From Flavobacteriales bacterium (GTDB lineage Bacteria; Bacteroidota; Bacteroidia; Flavobacteriales; JASBRU01), in the NCBI GenBank assembly GCA_030149285.1, contig JASBRU010000004.1, positions 114,997 to 178,996 of the forward strand: 64,000 bases of DNA, read 5' to 3'. This document shows, one piece after another, positions 50,401 through 59,079 of the stretch (positions within the stretch are counted from its first letter, which is position 1; each line of letters starts with the position of its first letter). The notes below the pieces were generated by a model that had not been told where the DNA came from, searched no databases, and saw nothing but the letters and a program-made list of their open reading frames with translations. The translations under genes and the position numbers were made by a program.

Positions 50401-51036
50401 ATTAGCAATTGCTAAATTTGAGGGTTGTGGACAACTTGGTGCTTCTGCTATTGAAAAATCATCAATTGCAAAGTCATCATCAAAGTCAGAACCATTGTTT
50501 TCATCTACAATAAACCTAAACTGAATATTTCCGGTAATAGTATATGCCCCTAAAGGTAGGATTACTTCTTCCCAGCCAGCCGTATTTGCCGACCTTGTGT
50601 AAATAGCTGTGTTCCATGCTGCTCCATCAAAAAAGTCAATAGAGAACGTAACATTAGTTGCGTCTTCTCTATCACTGTTTATCCAAAGCCTCATTTCGGG
50701 TACAGTAAGAGCTGAAACGTCAATTGTTGGTGACTCTAATGTGGTTCCTGTATTATGCGGTGATGAATCATCAACAAAAGCATAATATCCTGAGCCCGCA
50801 TCAATACCTATTGTGTGGTCTCCCAAATTATTAAGGTTTCCTTGATGGCCTGAGCCAAATCCGTTGTTAAAAAGCCAACTTTCTGAATTTGAGGCACCTT
50901 GCGCCCAGTTAGTGGGAATTGATCCTCCGTTGTCGAAGTTTTCTGTGTACGGTGCTGTAACTTGTCCAAATGTTGTTTTAGTAGACAACAATAGAAAGCA
51001 CAACAATACCGCTAACGATAGTATCGTTCTTCTCAT
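44422..51036 (-). CDS. 2204-aa T9SS-secreted multidomain protein (3 MAM-like, 5 FN3, beta-helix, Ig-like repeats, type A CTD)
   Basis: Signal peptide; repeated (C/P).PS.L...N.T..SA..SW...YD.YVR.SC FN3 units; E.FD...DH....IDD MAM-like units; C-terminal IYPNP...G.Y.V T9SS sorting domain. Confidence 0.88.
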   Translation of the reverse strand: MRRTILSLAVLLCFLLLSTKTTFGQVTAPYTENFDNGGSIPTNWAQGASNSESWLFNNGFGSGHQGNLNNLGDHTIGIDAGSGYYAFVDDSSPHNTGTTLESPTIDVSALTVPEMRLWINSDREDATNVTFSIDFFDGAAWNTAIYTRSANTAGWEEVILPLGAYTITGNIQFRFIVDENNGSDFDDDFAIDDFSIAEAPSCPQPSNLAIANITSTSADMSWTTGGATNWQIEYGPTGFTQGSGTIIAAPSNPMTIPGLLSNATYDAYVRDSCAAADVSAWVGPISFTTLCASQLSGVYTINSAVATGGTNFQTIAEATAELNTCGVSGPVIFNIAAGTYNEPLIFSGDILGGSLSNSVTFDGGSAATTTISYSSPNDTPTVWINGADWVTIQNLTIQNTGTSDAWGVMLQNQANHNTIQNCVIDMNPAGTFDVIGIVTSNSITSATSTGDNANYTIIDNNTITGGSGGIQLTGISSSTPFNVGNSVTNNTLTGQEDDGIEVDYQDSLTISWNNISGLRGTSSNGIEADDIDNFTISGNVIVAADQGMTLDDLNFSGGTSGVVPAPTTQSVISNNMVIAPNDEAIWIDDVAYVDIYHNSFEGFPGMRVGDTEGLNIRNNIFSTSTDFAYETGTSTSGQDVTDVINYNIYYGTGTNLISYNGTSYATLAAWQAVDVALNVNSLEGDPGYLNPASDLHIIGTLPNDVGDNTVGITEDVDGELRPASGSTTVDIGADEFTPASCTQPSLLTASNFTPSSADLSWTAGDVSTTAWNIEWGATGFIQGAGTMVMGVSNPHTLSGLSGNTTYDYYVQEDCGGSTSAFTGPYSFTTACSVFSAPFSESFDGSSWFGANSNSGNAIDPCWSSNPDVSQGSEPFKWIPDNNGPGSGNGPFVDHSGTGNFMYVEASSSSTGDVAFLMTPSIDLSPLTTPEMRFWYHRFSTNLADLTVEISNDNGANWDSVYALTGQIQTSSSDPWLEAIVNISAYANDTVVVRFRADGFGCCGDQAIDDVSLQEAPTCPAPSALNASNITDVTADLDWTTGGATTWEIQWGATGFSLGSGTVTPALANPYTLMGLTATTTYDYYVRDSCAPGDVSVWVGPFTFTTAACAAPCTYTINMFDTFGDGWNGGSVDIDMGGIITNHTFTTGSSATSTFDVCDGLALTVTYNGGSFDEEVSYDIIDPYGTTVFSQAVVSAGAPTGVVFTGTGNCTPPACIPPSAPTASNLTPTSADLSWTTGGATDANIQWGPTGFALGAGTIVNTTNNPHTLGGLTAATTYDYYVRDSCGVGNVSMWVGPYTFSTSCTIFTAPYSEDFDGVTWVPGTSFENANTTVDVCWSRTPDMVTPNVLQWGPRSAAPGSGNGPTVDHTTGSGNFLYTEASVGSTGDVAMLVSPTIDISTLTTPELRFWYHRNGTSLPDLDVEVSNDNGAMWTNVYNLTGATQTSSSAPWLEAIVNISAYAGDTVQVRFVANGFGCCGDQAIDDLSIIEAPACPAPSLINASNITSSSADIGWTSGGSMNWDIQIVPTGSGLGTTWTSTTTNPFAATSLMAQTTYDVYVRDSCGLGDVSMWTGPFTFTTLCAPFVGDSLANPIIIASLPYSDSNSTAECFTDQIGNGSADAFYQLTTGPCADSITVSTCAATSYDSFLRVLDATGSSVATNDDFCGTQSEITTPVMPNTVYYVVVEGFSSNNGVYSLDVTETVVPGDASFSYPDTIFCETDVNPVATITGDAGGTFSSSTGLAFMSTSTGMLDLAGSTPGSYTVYYTTTCAVDSFALHVIATPDAGTGSVIDACETDNMVDLSTGLTGGTAGGMWVDLSATGALTMNMFDATAVAPGATYNFAYVVLAYPCDNDTAFIDVNVEAAPNAGTDSSLAVCITDNAVDIYAALPGSDMGGTWNDVNATGALTGNIFDATAVASGSYTFVYTVAGTACPSDSSTVTVVVSGLPDAGADLTVDACVSDISLDLLASLTAGRDTTGNFYDTTGALITGATIDPSSIGAGTYVANYVVTGTVCTGTDTALVTVNINAEANPGVGGGTVTICLDDSVDLNTILTGTPDVGGIWSDDDLTGGVTGSTFDASVLGIQGTYNFTYTVPGYGVCRDSSASVSVQVDSCFIGIEENTVDVFAIYPNPTSTVFNISNGNYKDENVTIEIVAINGQVVYRETTKVFVNEVKTIDISTFAKGTYTVKLTRESAVEVHNLIVQ

Positions 51037-51143
51037 AGCTATAATTATTTATTCGGTTAGAACCCCTAAAGTATTAAAAAACTGTTTACGTTGTTAACAA
51101 TTTTTCAACAAAATGTTTTCCGAAAGTTAAATTTTAGCTTTTT

Positions 51144-51737
51144 TTAAGATTTTTTCCAGGTTTTATAGATGTCTTGTTGCTTTGGTCTGTCTGTAGGAAT
51201 TTTCCTAAGTGGTTCACAGGGTTTTAAGGTATCAAAGCACTCTTGCGGTAATTGCTGGTATAATTCAGTCCCTTTTGTTTTCCATGCAAGCATATCGTCA
51301 CTTACATCTTTTACAATTTTATAGGGGTTACCCACAACAATTTTGCGAGAAGGTATTTCGGTGTTTGCCGGAATGAAAGAAAGTGCGCCAATAATACAGC
51401 CATCGCCAATAATAGCATCGTCCATTAACACCGCATTCATTCCTACAAGTACGTTTTCGCCAACGGTTGCACCATGAATGATGGCTCCATGACCAATATG
51501 TGCTCCTTTTTTAAGTGTAACGGTTGTGCCGGGAAACATATGTATGGTACAACTCTCTTGCACATTGCAACCATCCTCAATAATTATTTCGCCCCAATCG
51601 CCACGAATAGCTGCTCCCGGACCTATATATACATCCTTACCTATAATTACATTTCCGGTTACTGTAGCATTGGGGTGCACAAAAGAACTCTCGTGCACCA
51701 CAGGCTTATATCCGTTAAACTCAAAAATATTTGCCAT
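51144..51737 (-). CDS. paaY: PaaY, gamma-carbonic-anhydrase-like hexapeptide repeat protein
   Basis: P.VH..SFVHP.A...G.V.IG, RGDWG, HIGHGAIIHGA, WK..GT..YQ.L; real start ATG 51737 overlaps the paaJ stop. Confidence 0.88.
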   Translation of the reverse strand: MANIFEFNGYKPVVHESSFVHPNATVTGNVIIGKDVYIGPGAAIRGDWGEIIIEDGCNVQESCTIHMFPGTTVTLKKGAHIGHGAIIHGATVGENVLVGMNAVLMDDAIIGDGCIIGALSFIPANTEIPSRKIVVGNPYKIVKDVSDDMLAWKTKGTELYQQLPQECFDTLKPCEPLRKIPTDRPKQQDIYKTWKKS

Positions 51738-52945
51738 TATACTCTTTCTATAATAGTAGCATAGCCTTGTCCTACACCTACACACATCGTGCAAAGTGCA
51801 TAACGCTTGCCTGTTTCTTGTAGTTCTATAGCTGATGTTTGTAACAACCTAGCTCCTGTAACACCTAATGGGTGACCTATTGCAATAGCTCCTCCGTTAG
51901 GGTTTATTCTTGGGTCATCATCTGCCAAGCCCATTTCTCTTGTACAAGCTAATACTTGTGCAGCAAAGGCTTCATTTAACTCTATGATGTCGATATCATC
52001 TAAAGTCAAGCCTGCTTTTTTTAAGGCTTTTTCTGTTGCCAGTACAGGGCCAATACCCATAATACGTGGCTCAACTCCTGCAACAGCAGAAGATACAATA
52101 CGAGCGATTGGCTTTAAGCTATATTTTTCAACTGCTTCTCCCGAAGCTATTAATAAAGCTGCTGCTCCATCATTTAAGCCAGAAGCATTCCCTGCGGTTA
52201 CAGAACCCTCTTTATGAAATGCAGGACGTAATTTTGCCAACACCTCTACAGTAGTAGTGGGTCTTATAAACTCATCCTGATTAAATAGTAATGGCTCTTG
52301 TTTACGGCGTGGTATTTCAACCTCAACTATTTCTTTTGCCAACCTGCCAGACTCTCTTGCTTTGGTAGCTTTTGCTTGGCTCCAGTTTGCAAACTTATCT
52401 TGGTCTTCTCGGCTTATATTAAACTTCTCCACCAAGTTCTCAGCTGTTTGTCCCATGCTGTCAGTTCCATACAGTTCTTCCATTTTTGGGTTGATGAACC
52501 TCCAACCAAAGCTAGAGTCGTACATTTTTGAATCTGTTCCAAAAGCTTTTGCAGATTTGGAAATAACCCATGGTCCGCGTGTCATATTTTCTACACCACC
52601 AGCCACAAACAAATCGCCATCATTGTTTTTTATTGCTCTATAAGCATGTATTGCTGCCGACATACCTGATGAACATAATCTGTTTACCGTTTCGCCCGGT
52701 ACAGAAAAAGGCAAGCCCGCTAATAAAGAAGACATGCGTGCTACGTTTCTATTATCCTCACCTGCTTGGTTGGCACAACCCATAATCACATCTTCTATAG
52801 CTGCTGGGTCTACATTGCTGTTTCTGGCCATTAGTTCTCTAATAGCTATTGCTCCCAAATCGTCTGTGCGAACGGCAGATAAAGTACCGCCGAAATTTCC
52901 AATCGGAGTTCTTACTCCATCAATTATATATGCTTCTTTGCTCAT
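51737..52945 (-). CDS. paaJ: 3-oxoadipyl-CoA/3-oxo-5,6-dehydrosuberyl-CoA thiolase
   Basis: GCANQAGEDNRNVARM, NRLCSSG, NEAFA, GHPLG, MCVGVGQG. Confidence 0.93.
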   Translation of the reverse strand: MSKEAYIIDGVRTPIGNFGGTLSAVRTDDLGAIAIRELMARNSNVDPAAIEDVIMGCANQAGEDNRNVARMSSLLAGLPFSVPGETVNRLCSSGMSAAIHAYRAIKNNDGDLFVAGGVENMTRGPWVISKSAKAFGTDSKMYDSSFGWRFINPKMEELYGTDSMGQTAENLVEKFNISREDQDKFANWSQAKATKARESGRLAKEIVEVEIPRRKQEPLLFNQDEFIRPTTTVEVLAKLRPAFHKEGSVTAGNASGLNDGAAALLIASGEAVEKYSLKPIARIVSSAVAGVEPRIMGIGPVLATEKALKKAGLTLDDIDIIELNEAFAAQVLACTREMGLADDDPRINPNGGAIAIGHPLGVTGARLLQTSAIELQETGKRYALCTMCVGVGQGYATIIERV

Positions 52946-52951
52946 ATTCTA

Positions 52952-53398
52952 TTATTTGTTTTCCGGAAACCACTCTTTGCCGGTTCTGTATACAGTGCCT
53001 TTAAACAAGGCTACTGTTTCACCAGCTTCATTAGTTACCTTTATATGATATATTCCTATTTTGTTTGATAAGCTTACCTCTTCTGTTGTGGCAATTATAA
53101 CATCGCCTGCCCTTAAAGGTTTTGTGTGAGATATAGATGTTTCTACAGAAACGCTTGCCCTACCATGTGAGTTAGATGCAAATGCTAATGCGCTATCTGC
53201 AAAAGAATAGGTAATACCTCCGTGAGCTGTGCCATGCCCATTTAGCATTTCTTCTCTAACTGTCATTTTTAGTATACACTTTGCAGGCAAAACCTCAACT
53301 AACTCAATACCCAACCACTTACTAAAAGGGTCGTTTTGGTACATTTTGTTTGCCACATTTATGGCTAGCTGCTCTGCTGTTTTGTTTGATTTTTCCAC
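52952..53398 (-). CDS. paaI: phenylacetyl-CoA thioesterase PaaI
   Basis: D.FS.WLGI, M.V...MLNG.G..HGG..YS.ADSA.AFA.N. Confidence 0.9.
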   Translation of the reverse strand: MEKSNKTAEQLAINVANKMYQNDPFSKWLGIELVEVLPAKCILKMTVREEMLNGHGTAHGGITYSFADSALAFASNSHGRASVSVETSISHTKPLRAGDVIIATTEEVSLSNKIGIYHIKVTNEAGETVALFKGTVYRTGKEWFPENK

Positions 53399-53423
53399 AA
53401 AGAATAAGTACTTAAAAGAAGTA

Positions 53424-53431
53424 CAAATGTA
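53424..53431 (-). promoter_or_regulatory. internal -7 promoter element (TACATTTG) for paaI-J-Y
   Basis: Exact TAnnTTTG 25 nt upstream of the paaI start. Confidence 0.5.
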
Positions 53432-53458
53432 TCTATTTTTTGCGAGTGTAGTTTGTGT

Positions 53459-53944
53459 CTAAAAAAGAGAGGTTTGTGTTAATACCCCCTCATGCTCTAA
53501 TAGCCATTTTTTTCTATGCAAGCCCCCTGCGTACCCTGTAAGGCTACCATCGGAGCCTATAACTCGGTGGCAAGGTATTGCAATTGCTATAGGGTTTTTG
53601 CCGTTGGTTGTCCCTACTGCCCTTATTGCCTTTACGTCTCCAATAGTTTTTGAAAGCTCTAAATACGATGTGCTCTTTCCAAAAGGAATGTTTTGCAGTT
53701 CACTCCAAACCTTTAACTGAAAGTCTGTTCCGTTTAAATCTATGCGGAAGTCAAAGTCTTTTCTCTCCTTATTAAAATACTCTTTAAGCTGGCTTATTGC
53801 TTTTTGAGTATGTTCGTTTGGCAAAGGACTGTCATTAAACTCTTCATCCAAAAACGTAATAGAAAAAACCCCATTGGTAGTTGCCTCTATTTTCAGCAAG
53901 CCCAAAGGGGTTTCAATAACTTCTATGTAAGTAGTATTATCCAA
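53459..53944 (-). CDS. ogt: methylated-DNA--protein-cysteine methyltransferase
   Basis: GTDFQ..VW, IPFG, RAVG..NG.NP, PCHRV, GYAGG. Confidence 0.95.
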   Translation of the reverse strand: MDNTTYIEVIETPLGLLKIEATTNGVFSITFLDEEFNDSPLPNEHTQKAISQLKEYFNKERKDFDFRIDLNGTDFQLKVWSELQNIPFGKSTSYLELSKTIGDVKAIRAVGTTNGKNPIAIAIPCHRVIGSDGSLTGYAGGLHRKKWLLEHEGVLTQTSLF

Positions 53945-54410
53945 GGTAAGCAGAGTACATCCAAACTAGTTTTTCTTGTTCGGTAATATTTGTACTCATT
54001 AATGCGTTTGTTCCTTCGTCATCCATTTCATCAGATAAAGCTAAAATCACTCTTTGCTTTTCAATCAATACGCTAAATGAGCGTACAACTTCTGTTACTG
54101 TTTCTTGCGCACCGGATACATTTTGAACTTCTTTAATTTCAGCTTTATTAATGTATTCAGAGTATGCATGGATAGGTGTATGCCCTAAGGTTAATACACG
54201 CTCTGCAATTTCATCTGCCTTTAAAATTAAGTCGTTATACAACTCCTCAAATTTCAAATGCAACTCAAAAAATTTTTCTCCCTTAATATTATAATGAAAG
54301 CCTCTGGCATTCATATAAAATATCTGGTAGTTAGATAATAAGTCGTTTAGTTTACTTGCTAATTCTGTAGTTTTTTCAGCATCTAAGCCGATTGCTGTTC
54401 TTTGTTTCAT
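53937..54410 (-). CDS. dps: Dps family DNA-protecting ferritin-like protein
   Basis: H.N.KG..FF.LH..FEE.Y.....DE.AER...LG..P, EK..WM. Confidence 0.94.
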   Translation of the reverse strand: MKQRTAIGLDAEKTTELASKLNDLLSNYQIFYMNARGFHYNIKGEKFFELHLKFEELYNDLILKADEIAERVLTLGHTPIHAYSEYINKAEIKEVQNVSGAQETVTEVVRSFSVLIEKQRVILALSDEMDDEGTNALMSTNITEQEKLVWMYSAYLG

Positions 54411-54419
54411 GGTTGTTGT

Positions 54420-55586
54420 TTAAAAGAATGTTTTGTTTTCACGATTCATTTTTCTCAACAAAGGGCTTGGTCTATATCTATCCTCGCCATACTCTGCTTG
54501 CAGTTTTTCTAGGGTTTCCAACACTTTATCAATGCCTTTTTCATCTGCCCATGCAAGCAAGCCTTTGGGGTAGTTTACCCCTTTTGTCATGGCTAAGTCT
54601 AAATCCTCTTTAGAGGCTATGTTTAGATACAAAGCATCAACCGCTTCGTTTATTAACATAACCAATATTCTCCACAAAATGTTCTCGCCAAGCTCCTTAT
54701 CTTCTGTTGGATTTGGGTTCTCTGCGCCTTCTCTGTAGTCATAGTAACCCCTGCCCGATTTACGCCCTAGCAACCCTGCTTCAGATAATCGTTTTTGAGT
54801 AAACGAAGGTTTATACCTAGGGTCATAAAAGAACTCTCTAAAAACGGTTTCTGTAACTGTGTAGTTTACATCATTCCCTATATAATCCATCAACTCAAAC
54901 GGCCCCATTCTAAAGCCGCCTAACTCTTTCATTGCCCAATCTATTGTTGCTATATCCGCAAAACCTTCTTCGTACATGCGTATTGCTTCTCCGTAAAATG
55001 GTCTGGCAACACGGTTTACAATAAAGCCGGGTGTGTCTTTTGCCAACACTGTTTTTTTGCCCCAAGAGTCTATTAGCTCTTTAGATGCTAATGTAATTGC
55101 CGGGTCCGTTAATAAAGAAGGAATAATTTCTACTAAAGGCATTAAGGGTGCCGGATTGAAAAAATGTATCCCTATTACTCTTTCCGGTTTTTCTACCGCT
55201 GCTCCAATAGATGCTATAGATAATGATGAGGTGTTACTCGCTAAAATGGTATCATCTTCTGTTATCCATTCCAGTTTTTTAAATACCTCTTTTTTTACTT
55301 CAATATTCTCAACAATGGCTTCTATTACAATACCACAGTCGCCAAACTGATCCATGTTGTCAGCAAAAGTAATTCTGCCTAAAATTGCCGAAGCATCCTC
55401 CTCGCTCAACTTACCTTTTGCAATTAAGCGTTTCATAATATTATTTAGGCCGGCACTTGCTCTTTGTAATGCATCGTGGCTATTATCAAACAAAACTACA
55501 TTGTGCCCAGCTGTTGCTGCAATTTGTGCAATACCGGAGCCCATTGCTCCAGACCCTACTACCCCTACTATCGTATTATTATCCAT
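54420..55586 (-). CDS. paaH: 3-hydroxyacyl(adipyl)-CoA dehydrogenase
   Basis: GSGAMGSGIAQ, EAIVEN..VK, SNTSSLS, HFFNP, PGFIVNR; paa context. Confidence 0.88.
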   Translation of the reverse strand: MDNNTIVGVVGSGAMGSGIAQIAATAGHNVVLFDNSHDALQRASAGLNNIMKRLIAKGKLSEEDASAILGRITFADNMDQFGDCGIVIEAIVENIEVKKEVFKKLEWITEDDTILASNTSSLSIASIGAAVEKPERVIGIHFFNPAPLMPLVEIIPSLLTDPAITLASKELIDSWGKKTVLAKDTPGFIVNRVARPFYGEAIRMYEEGFADIATIDWAMKELGGFRMGPFELMDYIGNDVNYTVTETVFREFFYDPRYKPSFTQKRLSEAGLLGRKSGRGYYDYREGAENPNPTEDKELGENILWRILVMLINEAVDALYLNIASKEDLDLAMTKGVNYPKGLLAWADEKGIDKVLETLEKLQAEYGEDRYRPSPLLRKMNRENKTFF

Positions 55587-55591
55587 CCTGT

Positions 55592-56368
55592 TTACTCTCC
55601 TTTAAATTCGGGTTTGCGCTTTTCTAAAAATGCCTGAACGCCCTCATTATAATCATATGTTTTACCTGCCTGTGTTTGCAGTTCGTCTTCCAACTTCAAT
55701 TGTGTATTCATATCGTTGGTAAACGACTTATTCAATGCTTTTTTGGTTAAGCCCAACCCTCTGGTTGGCATAACCGATAATGTTTTTGCAATTGCCCAAG
55801 ATTCTTCTACAAAAGTTTCATCGGCAAATGATTTATAAATCATGCCCATTTGTTCAGCTTCAGCGCTCATTACTTTATCGCCCAACATCATTAAGGCAGA
55901 TGCTTTTTGCATGCCTATAATACGTGGTAAAAAGAACGTTCCGCCGCTATCAGGTATCAAGCCTATTTTGCTAAATGCTTGTATAAATGCCGCTGATGCT
56001 GTAGCTACTGTTATGTCGCAAGCCAAAGCAATGTTTGCTCCTGCTCCTGCCGCTACTCCGTTTACTGCACAAACAATTGGCTTTTCAATTTTTCTTAGGC
56101 GCTGTATAATTGGGTTGTAGTGTTCGCTTACAATTGCAGACAAAGGTGGCCCTTCCGGATCTACAGCTTCAGCCAAATCTTGTCCGGCACAAAACGCTTT
56201 TCCGTTTCCGGTAATATATATTGCTCTTATTTCTGCATCTTTTTCCGCTTCGTCTAGGGCGTCTTGCAATTGCATAGCCATAGAGCGGTTAAAGCTGTTA
56301 AATTTCTCGGGACGATTGAGTGTGATTTTACAGATATTATCTGTTTTTTCAACCAGAATAAAACTCAT
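55592..56368 (-). CDS. paaG: 2-(1,2-epoxy-1,2-dihydrophenyl)acetyl-CoA isomerase
   Basis: AFCAGQDL, YNP, NGVAAGAGAN.ALACD, GLIPDSGG (catalytic Asp). Confidence 0.92.
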   Translation of the reverse strand: MSFILVEKTDNICKITLNRPEKFNSFNRSMAMQLQDALDEAEKDAEIRAIYITGNGKAFCAGQDLAEAVDPEGPPLSAIVSEHYNPIIQRLRKIEKPIVCAVNGVAAGAGANIALACDITVATASAAFIQAFSKIGLIPDSGGTFFLPRIIGMQKASALMMLGDKVMSAEAEQMGMIYKSFADETFVEESWAIAKTLSVMPTRGLGLTKKALNKSFTNDMNTQLKLEDELQTQAGKTYDYNEGVQAFLEKRKPEFKGE

Positions 56369-56436
56369 AACAGAGGGATTATTTTAGATGTTATTATTCT
56401 TTGTAAAGGAACTAAAAAAGCGAGAAAAAAGGAAGT

Positions 56437-56934
56437 TTAGATGCACTTAAAATAATCAAAGGGCTCTTTGCATGAGTTACATTGGTAAAGAGCTTTACAA
56501 GCTGTAGAGCCAAATTGGCTTTTCATTTCGGTATCTCCAGAGCCACAGTGTGGGCAGGTTACCGCTTTCATTTTTCCAAAAAGCACCCCTTTATCTGCAG
56601 TGCCTTTCATAGGTGGAGCAATACCGTAGACTCTTAGTTTTTCTCTAGCCTCTTCATTCATCCAGTCTGTAGTCCAAGAAGGGCTTAGTACTGTAGTAAC
56701 CTTATGCTTGGTGTAGCCATGCTTGTTGAGGACTTTTACAATATCATCCTCCATTTCTTGCATAGCCGGACAACCCGAATAAGTTGGTGTAATTATTACT
56801 TCCAGCTCATCATCATTCCATTTGATGTCTCTTATAACACCTAACTCTATAATATTGATAACAGGAATCTCCGGGTCAGGAATTTCCTTTAAGTATTCCC
56901 AAATAGGTTGAGTATCTTTTGTTTGTGTTACCAT
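56437..56934 (-). CDS. paaD: phenylacetyl-CoA epoxidase subunit PaaD
   Basis: DPEIPV, TPTYSGCPA, WTTDW, CP.CGS, FGSTACK...C..C.EPFDYFK. Confidence 0.95.
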   Translation of the reverse strand: MVTQTKDTQPIWEYLKEIPDPEIPVINIIELGVIRDIKWNDDELEVIITPTYSGCPAMQEMEDDIVKVLNKHGYTKHKVTTVLSPSWTTDWMNEEAREKLRVYGIAPPMKGTADKGVLFGKMKAVTCPHCGSGDTEMKSQFGSTACKALYQCNSCKEPFDYFKCI

Positions 56935-57686
56935 TTTAATCCTGGGTACGAACGCTGCAAATATTGCAAGTCCGAAAGAATATATCCTAAGTGTTCTGTA
57001 TGAACTCCTTTTCTTCCTCCTTCAGCCATCCATGTGCCTTCCGGTAGTGTAAGCGTTGCTTGTTCTAGTACTTGCTTAACGCGCTCATCCCACTTTTGTT
57101 TCACTTGTGTTAAGTCTACGCCTATGCCTTCTTTCGCCAGCATATCAGAAACCTCATCCGTCATGAAAAGCTCCCCGGTGTATCTCCAAAGGTTTTCTAA
57201 TGACTCTTGTATTTTTTGATGACTCTCTTCTGTACCATCTCCTAGGCGAATAACCCACTCTGATGAATGGCGCAAGTGATAAGTTACTTCTTTTAAAGAC
57301 TTCTCTGCAAATGCAGCTAAGGTTTCATCTTTGCTGTTTACCAACTCTTGCAAAAAGAAATAGTAGTAGGCGCTAAAGTAAAACTGACGAGCCATTGTGT
57401 CGCCAAAATGCCCATTTGGTTGCTCAGTTAATAAAGCATTCTTGAACTCTCGCTCAGAGCGCATATATGCCAAATCATCTTCGCCTCTTCCTTTGCCTTC
57501 TACTTCTCCTGCATAGGTAAGTAATGTTCTAGACTGGCCCACTAAATCCAATGCAATATTGGTCATTGCAATATCCTCTTCTAATATTGGTCCGTGCCCG
57601 CACCACTCAGATAAACGATGCCCTAAAATAAGGCTATCATCTCCTAAACGGATACAGTATTCCAATAAGGCTTCTTCCTTCGTCAT
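56928..57686 (-). CDS. paaC: phenylacetyl-CoA epoxidase subunit PaaC
   Basis: LGD..LILG.RLSEWCGHGP.LEED.A, KEV.YH, GDGT.ES, HTEHLG. Confidence 0.96.
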   Translation of the reverse strand: MTKEEALLEYCIRLGDDSLILGHRLSEWCGHGPILEEDIAMTNIALDLVGQSRTLLTYAGEVEGKGRGEDDLAYMRSEREFKNALLTEQPNGHFGDTMARQFYFSAYYYFFLQELVNSKDETLAAFAEKSLKEVTYHLRHSSEWVIRLGDGTEESHQKIQESLENLWRYTGELFMTDEVSDMLAKEGIGVDLTQVKQKWDERVKQVLEQATLTLPEGTWMAEGGRKGVHTEHLGYILSDLQYLQRSYPGLKW

Positions 57687-57688
57687 GC

Positions 57689-57979
57689 TTATAAGTATTT
57701 TACTCCGTCAGGGATTTCATAAAAAGTAGGGTGTCTGTATACTTTGTCATTTGAGGGTTCGTAAAAAGAACCTTCATCTTCAGGGCTAGATGCACTAATT
57801 GCATTAGCAGGAACAACCCATATGCTTATTCCCTCGCTACGGCGAGTATATACATCTCTTGCATTTTCAATTGCCATTTCTGCATCCGGTGCATGAAGGC
57901 TTCCAACGTGTTTATGATTTAGGCCCGGCTTACTTTGGATAAAAATTTCCCATAAAGGCCAATTGTCTTTTTCACTCAT
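57689..57979 (-). CDS. paaB: phenylacetyl-CoA epoxidase subunit PaaB
   Basis: WPLWE.F, H.GSLHA.D..MA..NARDVYTRR.EG.SIWVV, YRHPTFY. Confidence 0.96.
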   Translation of the reverse strand: MSEKDNWPLWEIFIQSKPGLNHKHVGSLHAPDAEMAIENARDVYTRRSEGISIWVVPANAISASSPEDEGSFYEPSNDKVYRHPTFYEIPDGVKYL

Positions 57980-57997
57980 CGTTTAGGGGTTGTATTA

Positions 57998-58933
57998 TTA
58001 AGCTGCTTTTGATTTTTTCTTTTTGGCGTATGCGTTGGCTGCTTCTCGCACCCACTCGCCATTATCGTGTGCCTCGTTTCTTGCTTTTAGTCGCTCACGG
58101 TTACAAGGGCCGTTTCCTTTAATTACATTGTAAAACTCATCCCAATTGATTTCGCCAAACTCATAATGTCCGGTCTCTTCGTTCCATTTCAAATCTGGGT
58201 CGGGGATTGTTAAACCTATAGCTTCTGCTTGTCCAACTGTTCTGTCTACAAATTCTTGACGAAGCTCATCGTTAGATTTACGCTTAATCTTCCATTTCAT
58301 AGACTGCTGGCTATTTGGAGAGTTGTCATCAGTAGGACCAAACATCATTAATGATGGCCACCACCAACGGTTTAAGGCATCTTGTGCCATTTCTTTTTGC
58401 TCTGGGCTACCTTGCGCTAAAGCTGTAATAGCCTCATAGCCTTGGCGCTGATGGAAACTTTCTTCTTTACAAATACGCACCATCGCTCTTGCGTATGGTC
58501 CGTAAGAAGTACGTGTAAGCATTACTTGGTTCATAATGGCTGCACCATCTACCAACCAACCAATGGCTCCCATATCTGCCCAAGTTACTGTTGGGTAGTT
58601 AAATATGCTTGAGTATTTAGCTGTACCGTCTAATAATTGCTCTACCAACATTTGGCGGTCTGCTCCTAAGGTTTCTGCAGCGCTGTATAAATACAGTCCG
58701 TGACCTGCCTCATCTTGCACTTTTGCCAGTAAAATTACTTTTCTGCGTAATGATGGCGCACGAGTAATCCAGTTTGCTTCGGGCAACATCCCTACAACTT
58801 CTGAATGTGCGTGTTGAGATATTTGACGAATCAGTGTTTTACGGTATGCTTCTGGCATCCAGTCTTTTGGTTCAATCTTTTTCTCGGCATCCACATAATT
58901 TTGGAAATTTTCCAAGTGTTTCTCGTCTTCCAT
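57998..58933 (-). CDS. paaA: phenylacetyl-CoA epoxidase catalytic subunit PaaA
   Basis: [39 protein letters not shown] di-iron motifs. Confidence 0.97.
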   Translation of the reverse strand: MEDEKHLENFQNYVDAEKKIEPKDWMPEAYRKTLIRQISQHAHSEVVGMLPEANWITRAPSLRRKVILLAKVQDEAGHGLYLYSAAETLGADRQMLVEQLLDGTAKYSSIFNYPTVTWADMGAIGWLVDGAAIMNQVMLTRTSYGPYARAMVRICKEESFHQRQGYEAITALAQGSPEQKEMAQDALNRWWWPSLMMFGPTDDNSPNSQQSMKWKIKRKSNDELRQEFVDRTVGQAEAIGLTIPDPDLKWNEETGHYEFGEINWDEFYNVIKGNGPCNRERLKARNEAHDNGEWVREAANAYAKKKKSKAA

Positions 58934-59071
58934 AATCTGAATATTAGCAATTTGAGTACAATTTTATGAAAATTTAAGCATTAATCAACATGATATCTGT
59001 CAGCTTTTCACCTGATTAGCCTGTAATTTAAACCATTCTGCTCACAAAATTGTTCTTTCGAACAGAAAGCT

Positions 59072-59079
59072 TAATTTTG
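59072..59079 (+). promoter_or_regulatory. -7 promoter element (TAATTTTG) for paaE
   Basis: Exact TAnnTTTG 25 nt upstream of the ATG. Confidence 0.55.

Noticed and set aside
44327-51126. Shared TTTTCCGAAAG 11-mer upstream of the peptidase gene and of the T9SS gene
   Set aside because: Only two copies, at different distances from the starts; insufficient evidence for a site or a target duplication.
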